DNA from: Promethearchaeota archaeon
Lineage (GTDB): Archaea > Asgardarchaeota > Hermodarchaeia > Hermodarchaeales > Hermodarchaeaceae
Direction of reading: 5' to 3'
Assembly (NCBI GenBank): GCA_048938295.1
Contig: JBHLMI010000001.1
Location: 59,449-91,448, forward strand
DNA length: 32,000 bases
The translations under genes were made by a program, and so were the position numbers. Positions 18,123 to 27,822 of this stretch are shown here, piece by piece. A model generated the notes under the pieces. That model ran no database searches. It was not told the origin of the DNA and worked only from the letters and a program-made list of their open reading frames with translations. Within the stretch, counting starts at the first letter, position 1. Each line of letters starts with the position of its first letter.

Positions 18123-20375
18123 ATGTCAAACAAAATTCAACTGCGTGTAGTCTCCTTACCCAGTGATGAAGCAGGACGAGGAATTGTCCGCGTCGACCCA
18201 AGGATCATGGAACGCCTTGGCGTTACATCCGGAGATATCATCGAAATCACCGGCAAAAAGACCACCGGTGCCCGCGTCTGGCGAGGGCAATCCATCCACG
18301 CTGGTTCTGGTAAAATCTTCATGGACGGTCTTGTACGAAGTAATGCCGGTGCAGGAATCGGAGAATTCGTTGAAGTCCAACGTATTGATCCGCCCCCCGC
18401 GAAACGAGTGGAACTCGCACCTGCTCAACGCGGTGTTCGCATTGTCGCTGAAGGCGAAGCTGTAAAACCCAGTCTCAATCAGCGCCCCGTTGCGCCCGGT
18501 GATATTATTAGCACAGCTGGATCTGGCGCTTACCGCAGTGGTGATTTCTCAGTATTCGAAGCCATGATGCGAGGTGCAGGCACACCCTTTGCCCTTGGCG
18601 AAATCAAGTTCATTGTAACCAACACCACTCCCAAAGGCGTGGTCAAAATCACTGAGGACACAATCATTCAAATTCAACCAGAAGCCGTTGATGTAACCGT
18701 TAAGGCTCCCTTGGTTACTTACGAAGATATTGGTGGAATCGATGAAGCTATTGACCGAGTTCGGGAAATGATTGAACTCCCCCTCAAACATCCTGTCCTC
18801 TTTGATCGTCTCGGAATTGATCCACCAAAAGGTGTTCTCCTTTATGGTCCCCCAGGTACAGGTAAAACCCTGCTAGCCCGGGCTGTGGCTAACGAATCCG
18901 ATGCCACATTCATTTCCATCAATGGCCCTGAAATCATGAGCAAGTTCTATGGCGAATCCGAAAAACGACTCCGAGAATTATTCGAAAAAGCCTCCGAACG
19001 CGCCCCAAGCATCATCTTCATTGACGAAATCGACAGCATTGCTCCCAAACGTGAAGAAGTCCAGGGTGAAGTCGAACGTCGCGTAGTCGCTCAACTACTC
19101 GCCCTCATGGACGGACTTCAAGCCCGTGGGCGAGTGATTGTCATCGCCGCAACAAACCGACAAGACGCCTTGGATCCAGCCCTGCGGCGTCCTGGGCGCT
19201 TTGATCGCGAGATAGAAATTCCTGTACCAACACGTAATGGACGAAAGGAAATTCTTCTCATTCACACCCGAGGTATGCCCTTAGCGGGTGATGTGGACTT
19301 GGATGCGCTTGCTGATTCGACTCACGGATTTGTGGGGGCAGATCTTTCCGCAGTTGCACGTGAAGCTGCCATGAACACGCTCCGAAGAATCCTCCCCCGG
19401 ATCAATCTGGATGAAGACCAACCTCTTCCTGCAGATATCATTGAGAGCCTTGAAGTCACAGCAGATGACTTTAGAGAATCGCTTCGCCGGGCTGAACCCT
19501 CCGCATTGCGTGAAGTGTATCTAGAAATCCCCAAGGTATCCTGGGACGATGTTGGGGGATTAAAGGAAGTCGAAAATGAACTCCGTGAAGCCGTTGAGTG
19601 GCCTTTGAAGTTTCCTACAAAGTTTGAAAAAGTCGGTGTCCAACCACCTAAGGGCATCCTACTTGTGGGGCCACCAGGAGGAGGAAAGACACTACTAGCA
19701 AAGGCGGTTGCCACCGAAAGTGAAGCCAACTTCATCGCCATTCGTGGACCAGAAATCTTCAGCAAGTGGGTTGGCGAATCTGAGAAAGGCATTCGAAAGA
19801 TTTTCCGGAAAGCCCGACAAGTTGCTCCCAGTATCATCTTCTTCGACGAACTCGACAGTCTTGCTCCTGCCCGTGGACAATGGCAGGGAAGTCATGTCTA
19901 TGAATCCGTCCTCAACCAATTGCTGGCTGAAATGGATGGCATGGAGGAGCTCAAAGGCGTTGTCGTAATCGCAGCTACTAATCGCCCAGAAATCCTTGAT
20001 CGCGCCCTCTTACGACCTGGACGATTCGACCGAATCATCTTGGTACCACCACCCGATCAGGAAGCCAGACTAGAGATTCTTAAGGTACATACCCGGAACA
20101 TGCCTCGCGCCGATGATGTCGACCTCGAGAAAATCGCAAAGGCTACAGATGGCTATTCAGGTGCCGATCTTGCCAATCTCGTCCGTGAAGCAGGAATGTA
20201 TGCGATCCGAAGTGAAGAACAACTAACCACCGTCAGCGCTAAGCACTTCGACGCTGCAAAGGCGAAAATCAAACCCAGCATTACTCCTGAAATGATGAAA
20301 GCATACAAAGAATACATAGATGCCATGTCCACTCAACGCGACGCCATCGACACAACACCCGGTCCATATACCTAG
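18123..20375 (+). CDS. cdc48: CDC48/VAT family type II AAA+ ATPase
   Basis: N-domain GIVRVDP; D1 [26 protein letters not shown]; D2 [25 protein letters not shown]; C-terminus ...GPYT. Confidence 0.97.
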   Translation: MSNKIQLRVVSLPSDEAGRGIVRVDPRIMERLGVTSGDIIEITGKKTTGARVWRGQSIHAGSGKIFMDGLVRSNAGAGIGEFVEVQRIDPPPAKRVELAPAQRGVRIVAEGEAVKPSLNQRPVAPGDIISTAGSGAYRSGDFSVFEAMMRGAGTPFALGEIKFIVTNTTPKGVVKITEDTIIQIQPEAVDVTVKAPLVTYEDIGGIDEAIDRVREMIELPLKHPVLFDRLGIDPPKGVLLYGPPGTGKTLLARAVANESDATFISINGPEIMSKFYGESEKRLRELFEKASERAPSIIFIDEIDSIAPKREEVQGEVERRVVAQLLALMDGLQARGRVIVIAATNRQDALDPALRRPGRFDREIEIPVPTRNGRKEILLIHTRGMPLAGDVDLDALADSTHGFVGADLSAVAREAAMNTLRRILPRINLDEDQPLPADIIESLEVTADDFRESLRRAEPSALREVYLEIPKVSWDDVGGLKEVENELREAVEWPLKFPTKFEKVGVQPPKGILLVGPPGGGKTLLAKAVATESEANFIAIRGPEIFSKWVGESEKGIRKIFRKARQVAPSIIFFDELDSLAPARGQWQGSHVYESVLNQLLAEMDGMEELKGVVVIAATNRPEILDRALLRPGRFDRIILVPPPDQEARLEILKVHTRNMPRADDVDLEKIAKATDGYSGADLANLVREAGMYAIRSEEQLTTVSAKHFDAAKAKIKPSITPEMMKAYKEYIDAMSTQRDAIDTTPGPYT

Positions 20376-20386
20376 CACCTTCAATA

Positions 20387-20425
20387 TCCGGCTCTGCGTG
20401 AGCCGGAAATCATCTCTTTTTCTCT
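20387..20425 (+). terminator. Hairpin plus pyrimidine/T tract after cdc48
   Basis: 8-bp stem TCCGGCTC/GAGCCGGA with a 5-nt loop, followed by CTCTTTTTCTCT. Confidence 0.5.
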
Positions 20426-20446
20426 CCTACGACAGTCTCTCAGTTG

Positions 20447-20505
20447 TATAAAAAGTTTATAAGGGCATCAACCTCTCTATAAAAGGTCTTTAAAAAGGTC
20501 AAAAG
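20447..20505 (+). promoter_or_regulatory. Cluster of TATA-like boxes upstream of tbp
   Basis: TATAAAAA 20447, TTTATAAG 20456, TATAAAAG 20478, TTTAAAAA 20489; GGAGG RBS at 20523-20527. Confidence 0.6.
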
Positions 20506-20535
20506 GCGCACACCACCAGCTGGGAGGTATCCGTT

Positions 20536-21087
20536 TTGGTGAAGAGACCCAAATACAAAATTGAAAATGTCGTTGCTAGCGTCGAAGTCGACGCAAAAAT
20601 TGATCTCAATCTTCTTGCTCGAAAACAACGGGATGCAGAATACAATCCCGAACAATTCCCTGGGCTAATGCTTCGCGTCAAAAATCCCAAAGCCACAATC
20701 CTCGTCTTCAATAGTGGACGGATGGTCATCACCGGGTTACGACGAGAAAGTGAAGCAGAAAAAGCCGTTGAAAACGTGATTATTAAAATTCGAAAAGCTG
20801 GCATCACCGTATCGGGAACACCCAAAATCACGATTCAAAATATTGTCGCCTCAGGCGACTTACACAGTCGAGTTGATCTCGACATGGCCCAGATGGCGCT
20901 AGAACGCTGTCTATATGAACCTGAAGTCTTCCCTGGACTCATCTACCGCATGAAAACTCCCAAAGCCGTCTTCCTCATCTTCAGCAGTGGACGGATCGTC
21001 TGCGCAGGCACTAACAAAGAGACCATCACCCGCAAAGCCATCTATCTCCTCGCAGACCACATGCGCGACCTCGGCCTCATCGAATAA
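20536..21087 (+). CDS. tbp: TATA-box-binding protein
   Basis: Two repeats: IENVVAS...YNPEQFPGL..R...PKATILVFNSGRMVITG and IQNIVAS...YEPEVFPGLIYR...PKAVFLIFSSGRIVCAG; TTG start with RBS. Confidence 0.97.
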   Translation: MVKRPKYKIENVVASVEVDAKIDLNLLARKQRDAEYNPEQFPGLMLRVKNPKATILVFNSGRMVITGLRRESEAEKAVENVIIKIRKAGITVSGTPKITIQNIVASGDLHSRVDLDMAQMALERCLYEPEVFPGLIYRMKTPKAVFLIFSSGRIVCAGTNKETITRKAIYLLADHMRDLGLIE

Positions 21088-21123
21088 GCAGGCAAACAAC
21101 CTCACGAGTTCTACAGCAGGTGC

Positions 21124-22182
21124 CTACTCCCTTAGCTGACCGAGGGACCTCACACATTCTACTAACAAGTGCACAGTCGTTTCTAAATCCGAATATTGAA
21201 TCAATTCGTTCGTCGTATGGAAGTAGCGAGCTGGAATCAATAACGACGTTGCCTTACTTCCTGATTTCACCACTTCAACCGCTGCAGCATCAGTCCCAAA
21301 ATGAATTGGAGCACGTAAAGCAACTTCTTGTAAAGGAAGACGATGTCGCTCTGCAACAGCACTAATCCAGCTGTTTAGTAACGATGAAGTTACATGAAAC
21401 TGATCGGCTTTCAGTAACACCGGCCCCTCACCGAGTTTCACAGGAACTAGTCCTGCTTTGATGTTGGGATGATCACCGGTTGGCGACACATCCAGTGCTA
21501 GCGCAAAGTCAGGTTCCACTCCAAACGCAGCTGGCCCTGCTCCCCGGGTCCCTAACTCCTCTTGCACCGAAGCAACCCCAACCACCCTCATCGGTAGTTC
21601 CTCATTTTGGATTTTACGAAAGGTTTCAATCATCGCCACCAGACCTACTCGATCATCAAAGCAATTCCCCAATAGGCGACCATTAGAGAATTCAATAAGA
21701 TGCTTCTCCGCTGTCACATACTGACCGATTTCGAAACCTAAGACCCGCGCCTCTTCGCCACTCTTGGCACCACAATCAATGAACATCTGGTCAAATTCCG
21801 GACGATACCCTTCCTGATACTCTTCCAATGGGATGATATGGGGGGCAGTCAATCCCACGACACCGGGCTTTTTCCCTTGGTTGCTGTGGATGGTAACCCG
21901 TTGCCCAAGAATGTTCCAGCGGTGACCCACCAGCCGATTGAAGCGTAAATATCCCTCATTGCTGACATGGGTTAACAACAGTACCCAATCCTCGTCTTGA
22001 TGGGCAATCAGCGTGAAAGTCTTTTGTTTCTGCCCTTTTTGTGTGGCAATGATATTCCCTAAGGTGTCGATACGCAGGTCATCAACAAGTGGCTCTAATT
22101 CACGAATGACAATTTCACGAACTTCGTTTTCACATCCTGGTGGTGCATCAGCCAACACCAACTCTCGCAGTAAATCACGCAA
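21124..22182 (-). CDS. M42 family aminopeptidase (TET-like)
   Basis: APPG.E.EVR, AHQDE, DDRVG, QEELG.RGA, LALDV and RYFHT metal ligands. Confidence 0.9.
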   Translation of the reverse strand: MRDLLRELVLADAPPGCENEVREIVIRELEPLVDDLRIDTLGNIIATQKGQKQKTFTLIAHQDEDWVLLLTHVSNEGYLRFNRLVGHRWNILGQRVTIHSNQGKKPGVVGLTAPHIIPLEEYQEGYRPEFDQMFIDCGAKSGEEARVLGFEIGQYVTAEKHLIEFSNGRLLGNCFDDRVGLVAMIETFRKIQNEELPMRVVGVASVQEELGTRGAGPAAFGVEPDFALALDVSPTGDHPNIKAGLVPVKLGEGPVLLKADQFHVTSSLLNSWISAVAERHRLPLQEVALRAPIHFGTDAAAVEVVKSGSKATSLLIPARYFHTTNELIQYSDLETTVHLLVECVRSLGQLRE

Positions 22183-22185
22183 ATC

Positions 22186-22911
22186 TCATGCAACCCCACG
22201 GTTCAGTATCTTTAGCAGACGAGGAGGAAAATCCGTAATAATACCATCCACTCCCAAGTCAATGAATTGTTTCATCTCCTCTGACTCATTAATCACCCAT
22301 GGATTAATCTTCAATCCCTCTTGATGGCTGGCTCGTACAAGGGACGAATCAACAAAGTGCAACTGCGGGTTAATTGAAGTACATCCAAGTTCTTTCGCCA
22401 CTTCAATGGGCTTACGTAAATCATATTCATATAATAGGGCAGTCGCAATCTCGTTGTTGAGGCTGCGAAAATCTGTTAATACGGGTTGAATAAATGACGA
22501 AATCATCGTTCGATGAACTAAACCGTATTCTTCGAGCTGCTGCATTATTTGGGCTTCCAGACCCACGACTTTGACATCAAGATTGATATCTAGATCTTTA
22601 TACGACCTTACCAGGTCCAAGAATTCAGCTAAAGAAGGAATTCGATCTTCAGTGCCACGCTTCATTGCTTTCAGTTCGCTCAATGAATACTCCGCCACTG
22701 TTCCAGGTTCACTGAAACGTCGTTCTAATGACAAATCATGAATGATAACTGCAATCCCATCACTCGAACTCCGAATATCACATTCAATGCAATCCACACC
22801 CCAGGAAATAGCCGTCTGAAAAGCTGTGAGTGTGTTTTCAAGTGGACCTTCTCCAGTCCCCCGGTGCGCAATCACTTTGACCATGCTATCAACCCAATCG
22901 AAGCCATCCAT
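22186..22911 (-). CDS. Glycerophosphodiester phosphodiesterase
   Basis: VIAHRG, ENTLTAF, IECDI..SSDG..VIIHD, ISSF, WVIN and GVDGIITDFP. Start may be ATG 22884. Confidence 0.92.
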   Translation of the reverse strand: MDGFDWVDSMVKVIAHRGTGEGPLENTLTAFQTAISWGVDCIECDIRSSSDGIAVIIHDLSLERRFSEPGTVAEYSLSELKAMKRGTEDRIPSLAEFLDLVRSYKDLDINLDVKVVGLEAQIMQQLEEYGLVHRTMISSFIQPVLTDFRSLNNEIATALLYEYDLRKPIEVAKELGCTSINPQLHFVDSSLVRASHQEGLKINPWVINESEEMKQFIDLGVDGIITDFPPRLLKILNRGVA

Positions 22912-22949
22912 TACAGGTTAGGGATGTGTAAAAGATTAGAAGTTTTTAA

Positions 22950-23110
22950 TGATTTGCCGATGCGTAACAGTGAACTATCCCTGCATTAGCTCAGGGATTT
23001 CCATCGAGTCCACTACCGGTAGAACGTGGGGTAGGGCTGTGTGTCGATGCAAGCCATTCCAAAACTGCTGTAATGGCTCCCCGTTCACAGGGGGTTGTTG
23101 CAATAGGAAC
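22950..23110 (-). ncRNA. Predicted TnpB omegaRNA (scaffold overlapping the tnpB 3' end plus guide from the flank)
   Basis: Stem-loops CCCC/GGGG (23079-23093), AGCCATT/AATGGCT (23052-23078) and ATCCCTG/CAGGGAT (22977-22998), then TTCAC. Predicted guide TGTTACGCATCGGCAAATCA (22969-22950). Boundaries are inferred. Confidence 0.55.
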
Positions 23111-24330
23111 CGCACCATGATATTGACCGCGGCATTCTGATCCCGGTCAAAGGAGGTTCCACAATTGCATTGAATAACTCGCTCAGATAATTTTCGGGCC
23201 CTCTTCTTGCCGCATAAACAGCATCGCATGGTGGTCTGAGCCTCATCAATTCTTATTACACGCTTACCTACTTTTTTGGCTTTGTAGGTTAAGAATTGGA
23301 CAAAGCGCCCCAAGAAGCCGGTGTTCTGCAGCGAATGATTCAACGTGCGATTGGCGGCATCCTGTCGCTGACACCCCGATGCTCGCTTTTTCTTTGCCAT
23401 GCGTTTCACCGCGAGCTCGCCAACGATGAGGGTTTTGGCTCGCGTATTGTTTACTACCACTTTAGAAATTTTATGTTGGAAGTCTCTTAATTGGTTGGTG
23501 AGCTTGTGTTGCATTTTCTGCCCCTTCTGCTGATAAAAGTACCATTTTTTACTGAATTTTTTGCAGTGATCACGTCGAGATTGCACCTGCCGAAGTTTGT
23601 CTTTCCAGTACAGGTCGGAGCGACGATTGCGAATTTGGAAAAACCGTCCTTGCTGGTTTACAGCAGTGACCAAGTTAATTACCCCTATGTCGATGGCTTG
23701 ATATCGGCTATTGTCTACAAACGGCAGTACAGCCACATCGTAGGTAATGGCAACGAACCATCGTCTTTGTCGATCCTGAAACAGGTCCACTTGTTTGATT
23801 CGACCTTTCGCGGTCGGTAACCAGGGCAAGGTAAATTCTAGGTTAACTTCTGTGGGGTGGTGGTGGGAAAAACGAATCCGTTTGTTCTCGATATCCAAGG
23901 TGAAGCCGGATTGATTGTAGCACAGTGTGGTAAAGTAGTGTTTACCTTTGAAACGGGGTGGTCGGGCCCGAAAGTCGCCGCCGCGCCAGCGGGCAAAGAA
24001 GGACTTGTAATCTGCATCGAGTCGGCGAAGAGTCATTTGCAAGACCTTGGAGTAAACCCAGGTGTATGCGGGAAATTTAGCCTTAAGGGCTGGGAGGGCG
24101 TTTTGTTGTTGGGTGTACGTGATGTGGGTTCGCGCAGTGGTCGGCTTCGTCTGATTAATTGTCCACTGGTGGCGCCGTTCAGCTAAGGCGAAGTTGTAGA
24201 GATGCCGGCATTGTTCGGATAAGGCCCACAAGACTTGAACTTGTGTTGTCGTAGGAGCGATGCGGATTTTTTGCGTTAACAACATCGAGGTCATGCTAAA
24301 GTTAGAAAGGTCTTGGAAATTTTTCAAGCT
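22970..24330 (-). mobile_element. IS200/IS605-family element carrying only tnpB (IS1341-like); left end not defined
   Basis: Right-end hairpin GAAATCCCTG-AGCTAATG-CAGGGATAG followed by TTCAC; no tnpA nearby; inserted between divergent GDPD and mrp. Confidence 0.75.
22975..24294 (-). CDS. tnpB: TnpB RNA-guided endonuclease
   Basis: N-terminal HTH (QKIRIAP...CRHLYNFAL), RPPRFK, RuvC-I AIDIG, zinc finger CCLCG...CNCG and RuvC-III DRDQNAAVNI. Start probably ATG 24294 or 24285; the ORF track gives 24327. Confidence 0.93.
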   Translation of the reverse strand: MTSMLLTQKIRIAPTTTQVQVLWALSEQCRHLYNFALAERRHQWTINQTKPTTARTHITYTQQQNALPALKAKFPAYTWVYSKVLQMTLRRLDADYKSFFARWRGGDFRARPPRFKGKHYFTTLCYNQSGFTLDIENKRIRFSHHHPTEVNLEFTLPWLPTAKGRIKQVDLFQDRQRRWFVAITYDVAVLPFVDNSRYQAIDIGVINLVTAVNQQGRFFQIRNRRSDLYWKDKLRQVQSRRDHCKKFSKKWYFYQQKGQKMQHKLTNQLRDFQHKISKVVVNNTRAKTLIVGELAVKRMAKKKRASGCQRQDAANRTLNHSLQNTGFLGRFVQFLTYKAKKVGKRVIRIDEAQTTMRCCLCGKKRARKLSERVIQCNCGTSFDRDQNAAVNIMVRFLLQQPPVNGEPLQQFWNGLHRHTALPHVLPVVDSMEIPELMQG

Positions 24331-24453
24331 GTGGGAGAGGTATGGATAACTGACTAATCGATTCCTCCTCGCTATGAAGAAAGTTGATTACCCGGTAAAA
24401 TAATTAAAGGTGTTCTCCATGAAGCACCAACAGCTTCCGACTGGTTTCTGGTC

Positions 24454-25332
24454 GTGGTTACATCTATGTCTAAAGACACCTCAAAATCCTCAGGGAAAAT
24501 CCCTAAAGACCTCATGGTTGGTGCCCAGACTAGCGCTGAACAAGAAATCGCTGAAAAGATGCGCCATGTCAAACACAAAATCGTCATCCTCTCCGGTAAA
24601 GGCGGCGTTGGCAAAACCACTGTGGCTGTCAACCTCGCCACCGCCCTAGCCTGGAAGGGTCACGTCGTCGGCATCCTCGATGCAGATATCCATGGACCCG
24701 ACATCCCCAAGATGCTCGGATTAGAAGGCAGCCGCATGGTCGGCGGCGACAAGGGCTTAGAACCAGTCGTTGGCCCCCTCAACATCCTCTCCGTCTCCAT
24801 GGAATTCCTCCTCCAATCCGCCGACACCCCAGTCATCTGGCGGGGTCCCCTGAAAATGCGTGTCATCAGCGAATTCCTCTCCAAGGTGAACTGGGGCAAC
24901 CTTGACTACCTCATCATCGACCTACCCCCAGGCACTGGCGACGAATCCCTCAGTATCATGCAACTCCTCCCCGACCTTGATGGCGTCATCATCGTCACCA
25001 CCCCCCAAGAAGTCGCCCTTCTCGACTCCCGCAAAGCCGCCACCATGGTTCGCCAAATGAATATCCCCATCCTCGGCCTCATTGAAAACATGTCTGGCTT
25101 CATTTGCCCCCACTGCGGTGAAGTCACCAACCTATTCGGCAAAGGTGGCGGCAAAAAAGCTGCTAAAGAACTCAATCTCTTTTTCCTTGGCGATCTCCCC
25201 TTTGACCCACGTGTTATGACATTATCTGATGAGGGTAAACCCTTCATCGTTACCGAAGCCAAATCCCCTGTCGCTCAAGCCTTCCAACACGTCGTCGACC
25301 GACTCTTGGAGCGATTAAAAGGACAACACTAG
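24454..25332 (+). CDS. mrp: Mrp/NBP35 (ApbC) family Fe-S cluster carrier ATPase
   Basis: [44 protein letters not shown] and [11 protein letters not shown]. Confidence 0.95.
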   Translation: MVTSMSKDTSKSSGKIPKDLMVGAQTSAEQEIAEKMRHVKHKIVILSGKGGVGKTTVAVNLATALAWKGHVVGILDADIHGPDIPKMLGLEGSRMVGGDKGLEPVVGPLNILSVSMEFLLQSADTPVIWRGPLKMRVISEFLSKVNWGNLDYLIIDLPPGTGDESLSIMQLLPDLDGVIIVTTPQEVALLDSRKAATMVRQMNIPILGLIENMSGFICPHCGEVTNLFGKGGGKKAAKELNLFFLGDLPFDPRVMTLSDEGKPFIVTEAKSPVAQAFQHVVDRLLERLKGQH

Positions 25333-25480
25333 CCAAGGATCAAAAAGCCAGCTAAAATGCACCGACTATTCCTTTGGGTTCACCAATTGCCTTCTCTTGA
25401 CAAATGCTATCACCGACTACTCATCTCCGACTGAAATTAATTCCATAAACTATATCTCTCCCCTTGGCGGGTAGTGGGTC

Positions 25481-27307
25481 ATGAAACATGCAACGCGATA
25501 CGGTCCGGTGATTAGGCGACTCCAACGGCGAATGATAAACTATGTGGAGAATGGACCCACCCCTGGAGCTACGATGTCTGTGGTTACTAGTGCTGGTCCC
25601 CTCTGGATGGAAGGCTTTGGATATCGGGATTTAGCAAAGTCTGGTCTAGTTGACACCCAGACCATCTTCCAGATAGGATCCACCACAAAGTTGTTCACTG
25701 GCCTCTCATTCATGCTTGCTGTTCAAGATGGTCTGGTTTCTCTGGATGATACGGTAGTTGCCTACTGGCCGGAATTTACAATTAACTCTAGACATGGCCC
25801 AAAGGAACATGAGAAGATCACTTTCAGGCATCTTCTATCACATCGGGCTGGTTTACCCAGAGAGCCCCGTATTGGCGGGAACTTCAATAATGAAACCCCC
25901 TACACTTTCGAGCAGGCGGTTGAATCAATCAAGGATTGCTGGATGATTGCCCCTGTCAATGATCGCTACTACTATTCAAACATTGGAATGGATATCGTAG
26001 CCTACTCGCTTCAATCTGCAACTGGCATGACGTACCCGAATTGGACAAAGAAGAAGCTAGGCGCTCCTCTTGGGATGACCACGCTACGATATGGAAGTGG
26101 CGAAGCACTCAAGGAAGACAACGTCGCCATAGGAACTGAAACTGGAAGATACGAGTGTGAATTTGGCGCGTCTGAAGATTATGGCTGCGGGGATGTCTGG
26201 ATTGGCCAGGAAGATCTTGCGAAGGTCCTTGTCCTCGTCCTGAACGAGGGCAGGTACGATGGAAAGACAGTACTTAGAAAGGACCTATTTCAACAAATGA
26301 TTCGCCCACATTTCGTCAAAGACAGAGGGTTTAATTATGGTCTGGGCGTTGACATCTACGGAGGGTTTAACCCAAGAATTTTCGGACATGGCGGTGGCTC
26401 CATTGGATACGCAAGTACCTTCTACTGGATTCCTGTCTATGACTTCGGAGTGAGTGTCCAGACCAATCGCGAAGACTACACTGGAGAAACCAAGAACCCA
26501 CATACACTCGGAACGCAAGCACGAGAACAGCTCCTCAAGACACATGGTGTATTGCTTACTCGAAGACAACCCATCGAGTTCCTTGAAGAACAAGTCGAAG
26601 CACCACTTATCGAAGATAAGTCCAAACTTACCGGCTTCTATGCCGGGCTATGGAATAACACCGTACTAATCACGTACAAAGAAGGGAAGCTCTATTGGCA
26701 TGATCAGTTCGAGCTCACACCAAAGGGTAATGGATTCAAGCTGCCATCTGGCAACAGTGTCCGATTCAACTTCAAATCAAAGAAATCCAAACAGCCGTAT
26801 AGCGTAACTTACGTTGGCATCAGATACCCCATAGCTGAACTCAATATGTCACGAGTAACACCCGTTAAACCCACCCCTAATGCCCCACCACTCAACCCAG
26901 AACAAGCTGAGAAAATCACAGGGATTTACAAAGCCACCTACTATGGCATAGAGCCCACCTTCAACCTCGCTAAAGTCGACGAAGGACAACTCTACGTACA
27001 AACAATACTCGGTTTACGACCTGCCTACCCCCATTCTTCCATCAAAGGACTATGGTTCCTACCCAAGGGCGAGACCGTAACCTTCAACGGCAAAGACGAA
27101 CTCTGGGTTGAAAACTGCCGCGGCGTCAAATGGAAAAACCCTATACAGGAACTCAAGGCACTAGCTAAAACTAATCCAAGACACCGACTACTACAAAAGT
27201 GGGTCCTTGACCAAATCGCTACTCATCTCAAGACACTTGGTCGAAAGAATGAGGCAAAAGACGTTCGAGCACTTAAAAAAGAACTCTACGGACAGAAGAA
27301 AAAGTAA
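25481..27307 (+). CDS. Serine hydrolase, beta-lactamase/AmpC-like family, with a long C-terminal extension
   Basis: FQIGSTTK (SxxK), LLSHRAGL, YYYSN (YxN) and FGHGG; ~250 aa of unassigned C-terminal region; no signal peptide. Confidence 0.85.
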   Translation: MKHATRYGPVIRRLQRRMINYVENGPTPGATMSVVTSAGPLWMEGFGYRDLAKSGLVDTQTIFQIGSTTKLFTGLSFMLAVQDGLVSLDDTVVAYWPEFTINSRHGPKEHEKITFRHLLSHRAGLPREPRIGGNFNNETPYTFEQAVESIKDCWMIAPVNDRYYYSNIGMDIVAYSLQSATGMTYPNWTKKKLGAPLGMTTLRYGSGEALKEDNVAIGTETGRYECEFGASEDYGCGDVWIGQEDLAKVLVLVLNEGRYDGKTVLRKDLFQQMIRPHFVKDRGFNYGLGVDIYGGFNPRIFGHGGGSIGYASTFYWIPVYDFGVSVQTNREDYTGETKNPHTLGTQAREQLLKTHGVLLTRRQPIEFLEEQVEAPLIEDKSKLTGFYAGLWNNTVLITYKEGKLYWHDQFELTPKGNGFKLPSGNSVRFNFKSKKSKQPYSVTYVGIRYPIAELNMSRVTPVKPTPNAPPLNPEQAEKITGIYKATYYGIEPTFNLAKVDEGQLYVQTILGLRPAYPHSSIKGLWFLPKGETVTFNGKDELWVENCRGVKWKNPIQELKALAKTNPRHRLLQKWVLDQIATHLKTLGRKNEAKDVRALKKELYGQKKK

Positions 27308-27309
27308 GA

Positions 27310-27326
27310 ATGCACCTTACTCCTTC
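27310..27326. repeat. 17-bp exact dispersed repeat, copy 2
   Basis: ATGCACCTTACTCCTTC, identical to 15364-15380. Confidence 0.6.
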
Positions 27327-27409
27327 TCAATGCCAATCAATCATAATCGTCCATCGGTCATATCCAGTATCAACTAGGTAAAAATCATTGAGCTAATCGA
27401 ATGAAACAC

Positions 27410-27805
27410 CTATTCTTCTGCTTGTGCGCCGGGCTCAGGATCCTCTGACACCACAAACAAATGATCGTCCTTCAATGTGAAAGCCGCCAATTCGAACTTT
27501 CCCGTCATCGTGATGGCTTTCTTAGGACATACAGCTTCACACGTCCCACACCATATGCAGCGGTCGAAGCGGAATTGGGGTTTCTGTTGGGTTTTGGTTT
27601 TGGTGGAGGCGACCATTTCGATGGCGGTGGCGGGGCATTCGCGGCTGCAGAGACCGCAGCCGGTGCATTTTTCGAGGTCGTATTCGATTTTGCCGCGAAG
27701 GCGTTCGGGACGGACGGCTTCTTGGAAGGGGTAGCGGATTGTGGCGGTTTTTCTTCGGACGACAGTGCCAAGGATTTCGCCTTCCATTGCTCCAGGTCGT
27801 GGCAT
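27410..27805 (-). CDS. nuoI: NuoI-like 2x[4Fe-4S] ferredoxin subunit (complex I / group 4 hydrogenase)
   Basis: TIRYPF...RLRGK, CTGCGLCSRECP and CIWCGTCEAVCP. Confidence 0.85.
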   Translation of the reverse strand: MPRPGAMEGEILGTVVRRKTATIRYPFQEAVRPERLRGKIEYDLEKCTGCGLCSRECPATAIEMVASTKTKTQQKPQFRFDRCIWCGTCEAVCPKKAITMTGKFELAAFTLKDDHLFVVSEDPEPGAQAEE

Positions 27806-27822
27806 GTTTCGTTTTCACACTC

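Noticed and set aside
19665-19700. Cdc48 D2 Walker A GPPGGGKT as an inactivating change
   Set aside because: It still fits GxxGxGKT, and Walker B and the arginine fingers are intact.
18123-20375. Cdc48 as a true NSF partner of the SNAP-like gene
   Set aside because: Both AAA modules look like canonical active Cdc48/VAT and the genes are ~7 kb apart; kept only as a testable idea in the SNAP finding.
24312-24328. Near-palindrome CTTGGAAATTTTTCAAG as the IS left-end hairpin
   Set aside because: It does not resemble the right-end hairpin and no TAM can be assigned; the left end is left undefined.
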